A stretch of DNA of 64,000 bases from Sphaerodactylus townsendi (GCF_021028975.2 NC_059430.1:56606001-56670000); one strand, 5' to 3'; numbered from the stretch's first letter, positions 13,139 through 26,273 are shown. The notes: generated by a model not told the origin, from the letters alone. Translations and numbers: made by a program.

Positions 13139-15394
13139 ATTTTTCTCAAAAGAGCTCATATTTAGCACAAAATGGATTCATAATAGAAGGTCATATAATA
13201 GAAGGTCAGTAAAAACGTAAGTAACATGAAAATTCTATATCATTTTGACTGCAGACTGCTGCCAAAATAGTTTTATTTGTGGAATACATAGTCTATACTC
13301 GTCCAACTAAGAACTGTCTTCTTAAGGTAACAGAGAAACAGTCATAATTGGAATTCAGACTGAAAGATTTAAAATTCCCCTTTTCATTCTGACAAGGTAA
13401 GCTCTATTATCAAGAGAAAATAATAAGAGTTCTTAAGAACCTTCCAGCCAAGCTTTCATTTTACTGTTCTTGAACTCTCTATAGGTGTGAGCCACCTCTC
13501 CATACTGGTAGTTATTCTCAAGCTCATCAACTCAGGCCTTTTAATTAGCTTGCGCAGTTTAGCAGTGAATCTGTTATGTGATGGGGATCTTGCTGTCACC
13601 TAGAAAGTTCCATCAGTATTGCCCTGTGTTTGGTTGAGGAGGTCAGGAGGTTATGGTTGGAAGGAAGAAAGTATGGTGAAAGGATGAAAATCTTTGCTAA
13701 ATAAAATAACTAACCCTTTCTACCTTTTAATATAAAACAAGAGACTTTCATTGAAGCTGGAAGTCAACTGTTTTTGCTCGATTGAACTTAATAGCTTCCC
13801 CTGTTCATGCAAACTGTTTGCAGAGCTTCAGAACAAATTGAGTAGCTGACTAAATGTCAGTGGAAATGTCATAAAGTTGAAAATAACTTGATTTAGACTT
13901 CACTGAAATAAGTCACGCCACCTGGCATCTAAGGCAGGGACACATGGCATAAGGATATTCATATGGTTTGGAGTTATTTGATTTCAAACTATAATATTTT
14001 ATGTCAGATAAGAAATGGTGGAAGGGTTAAAATATTTTCCCACTGTCATAGTCATGCAAATAAAATGGAACATTTTATATCCAATTTTTGGGGATTTAAT
14101 TTGTTTTTAAATCTAAGAAAATTCAAGTGCATTTAATATACATGTCCTTGCAGAATCCTGTTAGATATATATTTGTTTTGTTTCTTAAAGGAGATATAAA
14201 TTGCTGAAAAACTAACATTGGTTTGTGGAATAATGCTGAAGCTGAAGTCTATGTAAATGCTTCAGTGGGTGTACTTTTGAAATCCATGCAATTCATCTCT
14301 GAGAAAGATCGCAAAGGACTGCAGATAACATCTGTATTTTGCTGGGTTAGATTGCAAACTGATATAAATTAAGCTATCAGACAATGACAGTTTCTCCTTC
14401 ATCTTAGAGGGCAATTAAGTCCAAAGCATATTTACGATCATTTAAGTGCCAGCATCACAAGCTACCTTTAGCAGAGCAAACATAATAATTCATTAATAAT
14501 ATTTTTACTGTTTTCTATTTGTTTGGACTAAACAGTAATGGATAAGATTTACAAAACACAGAGACATACAAGAAATTGATACAAACAAAATTCAATGATA
14601 GTACAAATAAATCCTGTTGTGTTTTAAGCATATTTACCTGAAGAAAATGGAATGTAAAAGGTGCTTTGTAATTTGATTTGTCAGGTTGGTAGTATATAGC
14701 ATTTCTAAGTTTTGTGATGAGAATTGCCGATGTACACTCTTTAACAGATAAAGGCAGTTGTACACAAAACATGAGACATATATATATTACAATCATGCAA
14801 TTACTTCCATACTTGTTTCTTGAATGCCTGCTGTTACTTAGTTGAAGTGAGGCTATGATACAATTTTAATAAGATAATGGAAATAGTTGCCAGAGTGCCT
14901 GGTCACAGAATTCAGAGCTTTGATTTAACATGATACATGGTGATGTTTACATCAATTAAAGGAAAACAGACGCATTGTACCTGCTGCTATTCAACATCTT
15001 ATATTAACATCAGCGAGTCATCTATCAAGAACAGTGCAATAACAAGTGCAACAATGTTAAAGTGCTCTATAACATATATTCTTTCACGATGTCCTGTAAG
15101 GTGTTGCAGATTTGCCAAAAGCAATAGAAGTGTCCTGCAAAGTAGTGCAATCCATGCAACACGTATAAGCGATGATAATAGTTCAGTGTCAGTAAGCTGC
15201 TGTTGTGCGATCTTCCTCGCTACTGAATTCTCACAAAGACGAGAAATAAACCGTGATGAACGGGATATGCGATTTTTCACCGTTTTCCAACTTTGTCTTC
15301 ATCAGATATTGAAGCTCCTATTCCTACTTATGCCTCTTAAACGGGGTATTTCTTTAAGTGAACCAATCACATCTTTAATGTTCCCCTTTTAGGC

Positions 15395-15939
15395 TTATTG
15401 TTAAACACTATAAGTGCAGGCTTGGGCCGTGGCTGAGACAGTGTTAAGTATGTGAGTTCTGGAGCTCATACTGGATGACCATGCCTAGCACTCTCTATTT
15501 GGGGACACTACTTTAGGAGACCTCAACAAGATGGCCTCTGCCTCCAGGAGAACCCTTTGGATACTCAGTGTGAAGGAGTCTTCTCCTGGGGGATAGGAGG
15601 CCATCTTGGCCCTCCCTCACTGGTCATGTCATCCAGTTGTGCTCCATTACCTCAAATAGTGTTACTTTTTATTAGGTTATTATTTTATGCTTCTAGTTAA
15701 GAATAGTTAGTGAGTTCTATCCCACTTTATTGTTGTGGGTATTTTCTGTTTCTGCTCTATTTGCTCTGACAGTGGTATACTGATCTAAGATGGAATCAGA
15801 CTGCAAGACAGGAAGTGCAGCTGACAAAGAAAAAACTAGTTCCTGCCCCCAGAGAACGGGGTATGAAAGAACCCAACAAGATGGCCTCCTATCTCCCAGG
15901 AGAAGACCCCTTCATGGTGAGTATCCAATGGGTCGATCT
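15395..15939 (+). mobile_element. DIRS retrotransposon 3' remnant (family B): YR C-terminus, ICR, right terminus
   Basis: gtt aaa cac tat aag (VKHYK) at 15400-15414. ICR 15524-15608, whose second half is the reverse complement of the right end 15874-15934 (caacaagatggcctcctatctcccaggagaagaccccttcatggtgagtatccaatggg). Confidence 0.8.
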
Positions 15940-16129
15940 AATCATTCATATTTCAGGAGAGTGTACTTAAATCTGAGGACTTTCCCCATCCAAGAAAAGC
16001 AAGGTCACACTATTTAGTTACAAGGGCATGGGTTAACTTCATTGCTACTATTCTTACTTGACATTACCCTGAGCCTCACAGATGAGCCTAAATAGAAAGC
16101 CCGCATTAGTTTAGTCTAAGTTACAATGT

Positions 16130-17276
16130 TCAATAAATACTATATGTTTCTATGACATGAAAATTAAAGTGTGGATGTTAATTTAAAATGTGCATGTTCC
16201 ATGGATGATGTACTTTCAAATAGCACACAGACGCAGAAGAAATCTAAAGGAAACAGGAGAGTCTCTAAGAGAAATGTTGGAATTTGAAAAAGACCTTGTT
16301 TTTGCCCTGCAAAAACAACACTTGGAAAAATCAATAAATTATTGCTTAAATACGACACTGAAACAGAACCAGTCAAAGTTTGTATGATAAAGTGCATGCA
16401 AAACTTTTAAGAAGAGATTACTCTGCAACAGTGGAAATTGTTGAGGACTAGAAATATAAAATTTATGTGTCAATCTTTGAAAGAAAACTGGTACAAAATG
16501 TTTTTTGATGGTATATTATCCCAAGGGCTATTAAGAAGATGGATAAAATACATAAGGGAATATGTTGGAAGTTTCAAAAAGAAATGGGATCATCCTATCA
16601 TCGCTGGGGGAACTGGCGGGGGGGGGGGGCAGAAGGGGCAGACAACCCAGGACCTATTTGCATGGGTCACATAGGCAGCACATTTTGGCACCTCACCCCC
16701 TCTCTCCCCTGCTCCCAGCCCTTGGCTGAACTATCTCTGCCGCCAAACTCTCTCACCCACCGATGCTAAACTTGCACCACCGCACTACTGCCCCTGCCAT
16801 TTGCCTACTGCTCTGCAGGGCTTATTTTGTAGGGGCAGTGGCATGACGGGTGGAGTTTGGCAACAAGGGCTGGGTGTGGCACTCTGGTGCTGTTTTATGG
16901 TGTTCTGCCACTGTCTGTCATATGTGGTGGACATATTAAAAAATGGAAACGTTTTGGAAGGAAATCCATTCAGAAATAAAAAAAATTGAAGATCAAATTT
17001 CAAATGGATCCAGAGCTGTTAAGAAAGCTGTTAAGCTTTCTTCCAAAAAACTTGCCAGTAAAACTCCAAGAACTAGTTATGTACTCAACAACAGTAGCCA
17101 GAGTTTTAACTGCATCTTGCTGGAAAGTGGAAAGGATTCCTGATCAAGAAAATCGGGAAGACAAAATGAGAGAATACTTCAACATGGCTAAACTGAGTAG
17201 TCTTGTAAATAGAAGACCAAAACATGAGTATAATAAGAAATGGGAGCTATTTTTTGGTACTGTGCAATATGTGTAG
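16130..17276 (+). mobile_element. L1/Tx1-like LINE ORF2 C-terminal remnant, interrupted by a GC-rich insert (~16620-16910)
   Basis: Fragments LKENWYKMF, GICWKFQKEMGSSYHRW, FWKEIHSEIKKI, ARVLTASCWK; similar to 51780-51970; A-rich sense strand. Confidence 0.7.
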
Positions 17277-17651
17277 ATAATATGTTTGGCTGAAATGATT
17301 TACTAATGTACTTATCTGATATACCTTAAAATCAGCTCTGAGACAATGATAATATTTGGATATTACAGATATGATTCAATTCTTTTTGTGTATCGTTTGA
17401 TTAATTAGATTAGATAAATGATTCCTCAGTTTAATACATTTTGTCATATATTTAATCAAATGCCTATAATTATTATAAGTATTTAACAAATTTACAGACA
17501 GAGCTAAACAGATATTACTTATTTTACCAAAGGACTGATAAAGCTACATCTCAAATGATTTATGTAGTTACTTTTTATCCTGGATACTGGTTTTGTAGTT
17601 TTATGAAAATATGAATGGTAAAACATGTAGTAAAAGGTCAAATAACATAAA

Positions 17652-18611
17652 CTAGCAGGGCCCCCGTGTTTCGCTATGCATAATTCATCACAGGCTGTCT
17701 ATGAATTTCGGGGTGACATTCAACATACTTCTTTGTAGCCTGTTTGTGAACTTTGGGGTGACATGCAGCATATTTTCTCATAGCCTGTCTGTGGACTGAT
17801 GGGTTTGCTTTTGCATATTTTGCAGCAGCTTTCTGTAGTTGTCTTTTTCTAATGCAATGTGTTATTGCTCTCTTTCACCTGATGTGCTCCAAAAGATGTC
17901 ATGTGGAAGCAGCCGTTGTATTTTTGGGATGCAGAAAGGAAGTGTTCTGCCATTGGATGCTGATGAGTGAGAAGGCTGTGAAGAGGTTCAGGGTAGGGTT
18001 GAAGGGCAGGGAGCTGGACTGTACCGCCACTGCAGCACATTCCTGGGGACTCATCCCGCCACTTCAGAGCATGACACCAATCACAGGGTGATCGGAGGCC
18101 GAGAGCAGTAAACTTGTCTGCACAGTAATCAATCGGATGTCCATGTGCAAAACCCGACAAATGTTTAGTAGTTCAAGGTGATAGTGTGGTTTGTAATCTG
18201 TTTTGATTGTATTTGCCTGTAGCGGTGTTGTTAAAGTGAGGGTGGGTGGAGGAGTACTTTTTCACAGCCTGACTGTTAACTTCGGGGTGACATTCAGCAT
18301 GCTTTTTTGCAGCCTGTTTGTTGAAGCTGGTGGTGTTTAACTGTCACCCTTAGAATGTTCATGCAGCATGTCTGTGGACTGAGGGGCTGGTTTGCCCTTA
18401 GAATGTTTGTGCAGATGGCCAGAGATGAGCAGTTAAAACAGTAAATGTGTAATAACTCGAGTAAAACTGAATATTTTGAAAAATCCTTTCTTAGTGACCA
18501 CATAATGAACCGGTGTGCCAAATTTCAACTTTGTAGGTTTGGTGGTTTTTGAGTTCTTTTGATGAGTTAGTCAGTGAGTCAGTCAGTGGTATTCCATGTT
18601 TTAGATATAGA
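17652..18611 (-). mobile_element. Helitron, internally deleted, with intact termini and a Rep/Hel N-terminal fragment
   Basis: Minus strand begins TC (18611-18610) after host A and ends CTAG (17655-17652) before host T; subterminal agcgaaacacggg motif; internal ~45-bp repeats (agcctgt..gtgaactt.ggggtgacat). Confidence 0.9.
17849..18160 (-). pseudogene. Helitron Rep/Hel protein fragment (Cys-rich region upstream of Rep)
   Basis: CDWCHALKWRDESPGMCCSGGTVQLPALQPYPEPLHSLL...HFL....KYNGCFHMTSFGA matches the CxxC..LKW..E..GMCC..G.V.LP...KYN..F.MTSFGA pattern of Helitron proteins. Confidence 0.88.
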
Positions 18612-18799
18612 TAAGAATGAATGTCAGTTCTCTCTTTATTATTGACTATAAAAGAAGATCCATACTATATTTAATCTTGATATAGAGTGTATGTTGATTT
18701 ATATAAAGTAATGTTTTATGTGGTGGTTATGATTTATTCTTTCTTTTTTTTAAAAAAATTATATGGAAAAATGCTAATTTTTTTAAAAGATCATTTATA

Positions 18800-19162
18800 C
18801 TATAGTGTTTTCCTTACTATGCATGGGTGTTAAAGCTGGAAATGTTAAATGGATGTTTTAGCTGGAAAGTAAATAAAGCAGACAGGAAGAAAATTGATTC
18901 ACTTGAAATGTGATGTTGGAAGGGAATTGTATAGAAACCACGGACTGCCGAAAAGATAAATAAGTGGGCTCTAGGTCAAATCAAACCTGAATTCTCCCTA
19001 GAAGCTAAAATGGCTAAACTGCGGTGATTGACTAAACATGAGATGATTGATTCAATGAAGGAAGCTATGGCCTTTTGTTACAAGACTAATTTGGGCTGTA
19101 AGTGATAGGATATTTTGAAGATCATTAATTCTTAGGGTCATTTATAAGTCAGAAGTGACGAT
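18800..19162 (+). mobile_element. RTE-BovB LINE 3' fragment, degenerate
   Basis: Encodes remnants of KADRKKIDSLEM*CW and QIKPEFSLEAKMAKLR; ends gggtca..tataagtcagaagtgac. Confidence 0.75.
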
Positions 19163-19447
19163 ACCTCTGCATTGGGATGGTATTATGTGCATGTGCCATA
19201 TCTCTATACTTTTAAAAATGTATTAAGACCCAAATATATGGGGAGGAAATGAGTTGAGGTTCTACTAATAACATCACAGTCAATAATTTACACATCCATC
19301 TTCCTAGTATGTTGAACAGATTGTACATGGTGCACATATTATTGCTGGGCATGATTATATAAGGAAAAAGTGTTCTAAAAAGCAACATTGTTGGAATACT
19401 AGAAAATGTAACATTTACACGACAAATGAATAATTGTGTATAAAGAC

Positions 19448-19735
19448 CATAAGATGAGACTTGCTGGATCAGACCAGTGGTCCATCTAGGCCAGCACTGT
19501 ATTTCACACAGGAACTACCCAGTTGCCCTGAAGGCCAAAAAACGGAACAGAGGCCAAGGCCTTCCCCTAGTGGTGCTTTGTATAACTGGTATTCAGATGT
19601 TTGCTGTCTCTGAACATGGAAGTTTCCTTCAGTCACTATAGCTAGTAGTCACTTATGGACCTATCCTCCATGATTCTGTCTGATATCCTTGTTCAGCTAA
19701 CTATGTTTGTGGCCATTGTATGTCCTGGTACTTAA
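19448..19735 (-). mobile_element. CR1-related 3' fragment
   Basis: cataaga...gctggatcagaccagtggtccatctag resembles the CR1 tail at 9505-9550. Confidence 0.65.
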
Positions 19736-20928
19736 TTCCATGATTTAGGTCAAAGGATTTTTGTGGATCCAAGGCTGCAGTTTTAGGGAGGAGGGCAGAA
19801 TTGCCTTCCCCCCCCCTCCTCTGCTGGAAGTGGAAATGTAACAAAACAAGTTTTCCTTTTGTTAAGAGAAGACAATGATAATTTTTGCCCATCTCTCTCT
19901 TTACTTCAGCCACCTATGCCCCGTTGTATTTTGTCCATGAACTTCCAGTGTACTCAGCAATGGCTTTTAGGGTTTCTTAGGGGAAGAGAAGATGAGATCT
20001 GCCTCTACAAGCTTATGGTTTCTTATTATTCTTGGGATCCAAGCCTAAGGTTTTTATGTGTCACATTTACTTTTGGTAACTCCTGTTTGTTTTCCGTAGG
20101 ACCTCAGGAATTACAACTATGGAACCTTACATCTTATGGGTAGTACTGTTAAATACTTCCATCCACCATCCAGTTTGTCTTTTGCTGCTCAGCTAAAGCT
20201 TCACTGCTCTGCCATTGCTATATCGTATGGTAGTTCAGGGTTGGATTACCAGGTTCTGCCACTGAGTGCTGCTAAATAATGAAGAGGAGTCTTGCATACC
20301 TCCAGGGTATGGGGTAGTCTTGAGGTATTGCCAGCTCAACTCTGCTGAGTTGATGTAACATCAAGTATGTGTGTGAAGTTACTACTGTGCAGGCACTACT
20401 TTCTTAGCAGCTATGTACATGAATGGTGCTGAAAGGAGCCATTCTCCATTGAAGCGATGGAAGTCTGCGATGGAACATACCGGTATGCTACCAGGAGGCG
20501 GGATCTTCTTAAAGAGTAACGTTGACCCCTCGTCCGGGTTAAGATCCCCAGTTGACTTCCTGCCTCTACAGGAGAGCAAGGCTTTTAGCAGAGCTCCTCT
20601 TTTTTCTTCAAGAGCTCTCGGTTTTAGCTTCCCTTATTCTTCTATCCTACTGTGCGTTCGTTTCCTCCCTTCCTCCTTCCCCAGCTGAAACTGAGTACGA
20701 GGAGGGCTTCTAGCGGCGTTAAGCGGAAGCTAATCACCCCCCTCCGTCGAGGGCTTCAAGCAGCTCTTCAGCATAGCCGGTTTTGGCGCAGACCTGCGGC
20801 GTGACGATCAACCAGCGGCGAAACGCACTGGCCAGGCCGGTACAGGCAGCCAGCTTTTCCTGGCAGTAAATCTCAGCTCTCACAAGAGCTGATTCACAGA
20901 GATTTTCATCAACTGGTAGGCGGCAACT

Positions 20929-22492
20929 ATGGCCGAATGACGATTTCCCTGAAAGGGAAAACCTTGCCGCTGGCGAGGTCACCGGGCTTCTGCAGCCCAG
21001 AGCTTCCTCCCTCCAGTCTGAGACCGGCAGGAATGCTCGTCAACAGAAGCAGCTAAAGTCAACCATCTGCTGTCAAATCCGGGTATCGTCGGCGGACCAG
21101 CAACTGGCGGGCACGAGTCCCAAAGCGTGGGGGCCCCTGCTACCTCCCAGAAGTAAAGCGACAAGAGCCTTAAGCGCCGAGACTGAACTGCGACAAAGCC
21201 TGAACCACGGCAGAAGTAATTGTGCCCCAGGGGTGTTGATGTTGGGCAATAAGCTCGGTTCTTTCAGGAGGAGCCAGGTCAACCTTTCAGACAACCCAAG
21301 CGCGTAGGCTCTATTTACTGTCCCCTGCAGTTGCTAACTTGCTTATACAACTTGGCTCCAACATCAGGAACTCAGTACATGCTCCCAGCTGCCGGCTGGG
21401 TCAGTTTCAGCCCCTCCTAACACAGGAATCAGAGGAAGCGAAGCAGGCATTGAGTGAGGGGGGTGTGTAGAAGAGAAGAGGAAAAAAAGGATTCTCTCTG
21501 ACACGAAGACAATAGATGGGGCAGTGAGCAAGCCTAGGTTTTCCAGAGTTAAGAAGACCTTCATTCCTGATCTCTAGAACCATCTCTGCCCTAGACACTC
21601 AAGATTCTGCAGAAACGAAGAGGTTCCCAATCCTCAACAACTCAAACTTATCCAAAGAGCGGGCCAAAGGGGAAATCAGTTATTTCCATCAGGATGGAGC
21701 GGACAAGTCGTGCTTTCCATTCAGGGCTTACGAAGAATTGGAAAAGTGGCAAAATCCACATCCAGCAAAAACCCACCTCCTTGCTTCAGGAAACTCTCGC
21801 TCTCCTACTTCGTTCAAATCCTGCAGGTCCCCTGGTAGGCGCCTGTCAGCGTCTATCAATCGGCTAACCCTGGTTTCAGAGATGGAGGCGGATCCATTAA
21901 AGATACTCAGACAGGAGGCAGATGTGCACCTCAAAGGGCGTACCCGAGTGCTTAGCCATATCCCATGAAGGCACTTCTCCCATCGCTTCACAGTGGCCAG
22001 GAGCACTCCTGGCTGGCTCCAGAATCTCAGAACTCCTTCCACCAGAGCACAGAGCCATTAAAGAAGGGATTGATAGGGTTAAATAAGGCCTCCTTCTAAG
22101 CGGACTCCACCTAGATGCCCTGGCGATGGCGGCCAGATCAATGGCCCTAAAATTAAGCCAGGCGAACCATCTGGCTGCGCTCCTGGAAAGCGGGCCTTTT
22201 TCAAAGTGGCGATCACCGGCTTCACTTCCAGGAGAGAAACTTTTTTGGCAGAACTGACCAAATCCTAGTCAAAGACAAAAGACGAAAATTACTCCAGCCG
22301 TCCGACAGGACAGCTCTTCGGCACAGAGTTCAGCAGTTCCTTTAGATTCTTTAGTTCCTTCGTTCCTTCGGGCGGAGACGAATAGATCAACTGGCAACAG
22401 CAATATCACTCCAGTGGGCCTTCTAGAAGGGATCGCTTTTCGACCTTTAAAACTACGATTCACCAGGTCGGATCGAGACCAACAGACAATGA
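20929..22492 (+). pseudogene. DIRS ORF1 (gag-like), unit 1, frameshifted as assembled
   Basis: ATG at 20929 corresponds to 26274 of unit 2; fragments EKWQNP, SEMEADPLK, ADVHLK; TGA at 22490-22492 overlaps the pol start. Confidence 0.65.
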
Positions 22493-24285
22493 CTGCACTC
22501 GACAGTGGGGAGGCTGCTCCATTTCAACCAACAATGGGACCTGGCACCTGCGATGCTTGGGCAGAGAGGTGGATTCGCCAGGCTACAATAAGTGCCACTT
22601 CCCAAAACATGATTCTTCCCATCCCCACTGAGCCCCAATTCAGAAAAAGAGACACAGAACGAGCCATACACCGCCTACTTTCCATGCAAGCAATCGAACA
22701 TGTACCTGCACAACACAAACGCCTGCGAGTCTACTCCCCACTTTCACCGTCGAAAAATCAGGGGGACTGGAGGGCAATCCTCAACCTCAATAAAATGAAC
22801 CAACACGCAAAATTAGCAAATTCAAGATGGAACCTCGCACCATCAGCATCCATCAGGAAGAGAATTCCTAACCTCACTCGACCTCCACAGGAGGAGCCTA
22901 CCTCCCGTCCCCATCCGCAAAGACGCGAAAGGATTCCTCAGCAGCGGTGGAGGCAAGACACTTTCAATTCCAAGGCACCCGGGACTTTATCTGTACTTGA
23001 GTTTTCTCAAAATCATGCCCCCCACACGCAATCACCCCATTGGCGAGGAATACCGTCCACCCTTACTTGGGCGACATTCTAATTCGATCAAACCAAATCC
23101 ACTGCGCCGCCAAGAGCGTCAAAGCGAGTAACCCAAACGCTAACAATTAGGTTTCCTAATAAACAAGTCAAAAAAGTTCCTCCACCCACAGGATGGAACA
23201 CCTAGGGTGCCAATTGTGGACCTGAGTTAAAATTCCTTTTCCTCCCCACAGACAAAGTGCTTTAAAATCCAGAAGAAGTTTCTCGAGCTCATCTCCAGCA
23301 TGCGACAAATGTCCCTAATGCACCTGTCGAGCATACTAGGTCGAGATGATGGCGGAAAGCATGATCGGTCCAATGAAGAATGCATCTTGAGACCACCATA
23401 AGCCTTTCGCCAGTATCAATGGGACATCACCCACAAGCGGGATCAACAAATAGCGTAATCCCATTTCTCATTTGAAAAACCAATCTCAGATTGGACCGGA
23501 TTCTCACAACTTTCCCAGGGGAAGATGCACACAGATCGAAGGAGCGGATCAGATCTTCACAGATGCCGACCTGACCGTGGGGAGCCATAAGGGTCCCACA
23601 TGGTCCAGGACACTGGTCACAGTCTCAAGCTCTTCATCAATCTGCTTATAGAGACATACGGTCTCACTAGCTCTCATCCATTTCAGGACCAGATAATTGC
23701 ACCAGCGCGTATTAATCAAAACAGACAATATAATGGGGCCTACATAAATCATCAGGGAGATTCAGATCGCGACTCCTACAGAAAGAGGCGACAAGATCAT
23801 GAACTGGGCGAGTCCAGCCTCTCATCTGTAAACAGAACATCAAGTTAATTAGACATCACGGCCGATTGAAACCAGCCGACAGACCTGGACAATGCAGAGT
23901 GGACTCGCCTCCGGTCTTCCAGCAACTAATAGACCCTTCCCAGCCCAAAGATGAGGCCTCACGCATCTCAAGAACAATTCCAACTTCGCCGGTTCGTAAT
24001 GCCGCTTCGCTTCTGCAAGACAGCCATATGCGCGCTCCACGGCCCCCTGGCCTCCAGAGACACTTTATGCATTCCCACATTCCCCTCATCCCAAAACTAC
24101 TCAGGCGCCTGTTCAGGAACAGGCAGCAGCCGAATCTAATAGCCCCATACTGGCCCGCAGACCCTGGTTCTCCATGCTAAGACGGTGGGGAACCAATTCC
24201 ATACCGTCCAGGCGGACCTTCTCATTCAAGGGACGGTATGGCACCCGGACTGAGCATTACACTGGCGCCTGGCTATTGAGAGGGA
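22489..24285 (+). pseudogene. DIRS pol (RT, RNase H, Dam-like methyltransferase), unit 1, frameshifted
   Basis: GDWRAILNLNKMNQH, HPYLGDILIRS (YLDD site), IFTDA, AYINHQG, IPLIPKLL..LIAPYWP. Confidence 0.85.
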
Positions 24286-25320
24286 ACAGGGTTAAGAGAA
24301 GAAAGGCATTTCGGCTCAGGTCATACAGACCATTCTAAAACTCCTGAAGCATTAGATCACTTCAGAATTTATGACTATACATAGAGAAAGTGTTGATGTG
24401 ATGGGCCTCCATTAGACATTTGGTCCCCAAAAAAGCCTTAACTGGCACACATCCTAGAATTCCTCCAGGGTGGGGTGACAGAGGGTCTCAAGCCTCAACC
24501 CTCCGTGAACGAACTGGCAGCCTTTCAGCGGTCCTGACCCAAAATCCAGGGCCGCATGCGTTTCGGATTCACCCCCAGACGCCTCACGGTTCCACAAAAA
24601 GGGGTTTCCCAAACACAATCTCCAAAATTCACAGGTTTCCCTCTGGAACCTACATGCAGTGTTGAAACCTCGCTAGATAAGCCCATTTTGAACCAATCGG
24701 ATCAATTCGCCTCCGTTGGTTGAGGATGAAACACCACCATTCCTTGTGGCCTTGAGCATCAGCCAGGGAGAGTCTCAGAACTCCAGATCCTCAATATCCC
24801 TGACTGTTGCACAATTCATCGGACGGGGTCGCCTAAGATCGAACCCTTCCTTCCAGCCCAAAGCGCATCAACTTTCATTTGAAACAAGAAATAAGGTATG
24901 CGGTATTCTACCCAAAACCTTCAGCTAACAGGAAAAGTTGTGGCACAAATTAGGCGTGCGCCAGGTCCTTAAAGCGTTCCTGGTACTTGCAGAGGACATC
25001 AGGGAAATCAACAGCCATATTTATCCGTGGCCCATCCCTGGGCTGGAGCAGATGTCGGGTGCTGCTATAAAGCAGCAGCCATCCGCGCCACCATCTCCGA
25101 AGGCCTCATCCCCACTAAACTGTCAGTACCAGCGAGATTACAGCCCATTCTGTCGGCCTGGCTGCCAATGCGGCTGTTAGGCAGCGAATCAGTTGAGGAT
25201 ATTTGTGGCTGACCATCTGGTCATCCTCATCTTCACATTAGTTAGGCATTATAAGTTGGTTCGCCCCAGTCCGCAGTTCAGACTGCCTTGATGCAGATTC
25301 TGGATCTGAATTAGAAGAAG
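24280..25320 (+). pseudogene. DIRS tyrosine recombinase, unit 1, frameshifted
   Basis: PFEPI.SI.LRWLRMK, PSFQPK, WHKLGVRQVLKAFL, SVEDIC, aggcattataag (RHYK, catalytic Tyr) at ~25244-25255. Confidence 0.8.
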
Positions 25321-26273
25321 CCGAACTACCGCCAGGGAGCAGGAACCTTGCGGCGTTGTAGGTCCCATCGCGGAACTTCCGTCTGCGGTCGGCTATTGGT
25401 TCACTCACGGTAGAAGGCGCTTTCTCCGGTTAGAGGTAGGAAGTCAACCTCCGCCGACGGTTTCCATCAAATCCTGAATTGATTAGTCAGTTACCCCTCA
25501 AATGTTAGTGGGTTAGTTATCCCCAATGTTAGTGGAGTTAGTTTAAAAGAGTTAAGATTGTTTTGCGGAGTGTATGCGTTTGTTTAAGACTTCTACGTGG
25601 TCAGTTAGCAACTGGGGATCTTAACCGGACGAGGGTCCTTGGAAGCAATTCTTTAAAGAAGATCCTGCCTCCTGGTAGCAGACAACAGGAGGAACCGCCA
25701 TGAGACTTCAGTTAGCCTAACGGAGAAAAGGCTCTTAACTGTTGCGGTGGTAGACAATAGCCATTCTCCGATGAAGCGTGGGAAGTCTCGATGGGTTCTC
25801 CTGTTGTCTGCTACCAGGAGGCAGGATCTTCTTAAAAAATTGCTTCCCGTTGACCCCTCGTCCGGTTAAGATCCCCAGTTGACTTGCTTCCTGCCTCTAC
25901 AGGAGAGCAAGACTTTTAGCAGAGCTCCTCTTTTTTTTCTTCAAGAGCTCTCGGTTTAGCTTCCCTTATTCTTCTATCCTGCAATGGATTCGTTTCCCTC
26001 CTTCCCTCCCTTCCCAGCTGAAACTAATTACGAGGAGGGCTTCCTGGCGCGGCGTTGGCGAGGCTATTATTGCCCCTCCGTCGAGGGCTGAAGCGGCGCC
26101 TCTTCAAAGCCGCCCGGTTTGGCAGCAGACCTGCGGCAGCGCCCGGCGATCCAGCCAGCAGCTTTTTTGGCGAAACGCAGCCATTTGAGCGGCGGCTTTT
26201 TTTCCTGCGTAAATCTCCAGCTCTCACAGAGAGCTGATTCTGAAGATTTTCATCAGCCTAGCGGGCGGCAACT

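Larger units (their letters stand above)
20441..25762 (+). mobile_element. DIRS1-type retrotransposon, full-length unit 1 (family A)
   Basis: Left ITR 20441-20554, right ITR 25609-25727 (reverse complement), right extension to 25762, ICR 25364-25445; gag, RT/RH/MT and YR remnants in order. Confidence 0.95.

Noticed and set aside
13380-13650. Splice-like signals (AAG|GTAAGC near 13396; ctctctatag acceptor near 13484)
   Set aside because: Isolated signals; the frames hit stops and give no recognisable peptide.
20070-20145. Good polypyrimidine acceptor (tgtttgttttccgtag) suggesting a small exon
   Set aside because: Weak donor (GG|GTAGTA) and none of the three translations is recognisable; cannot be supported without transcript data.
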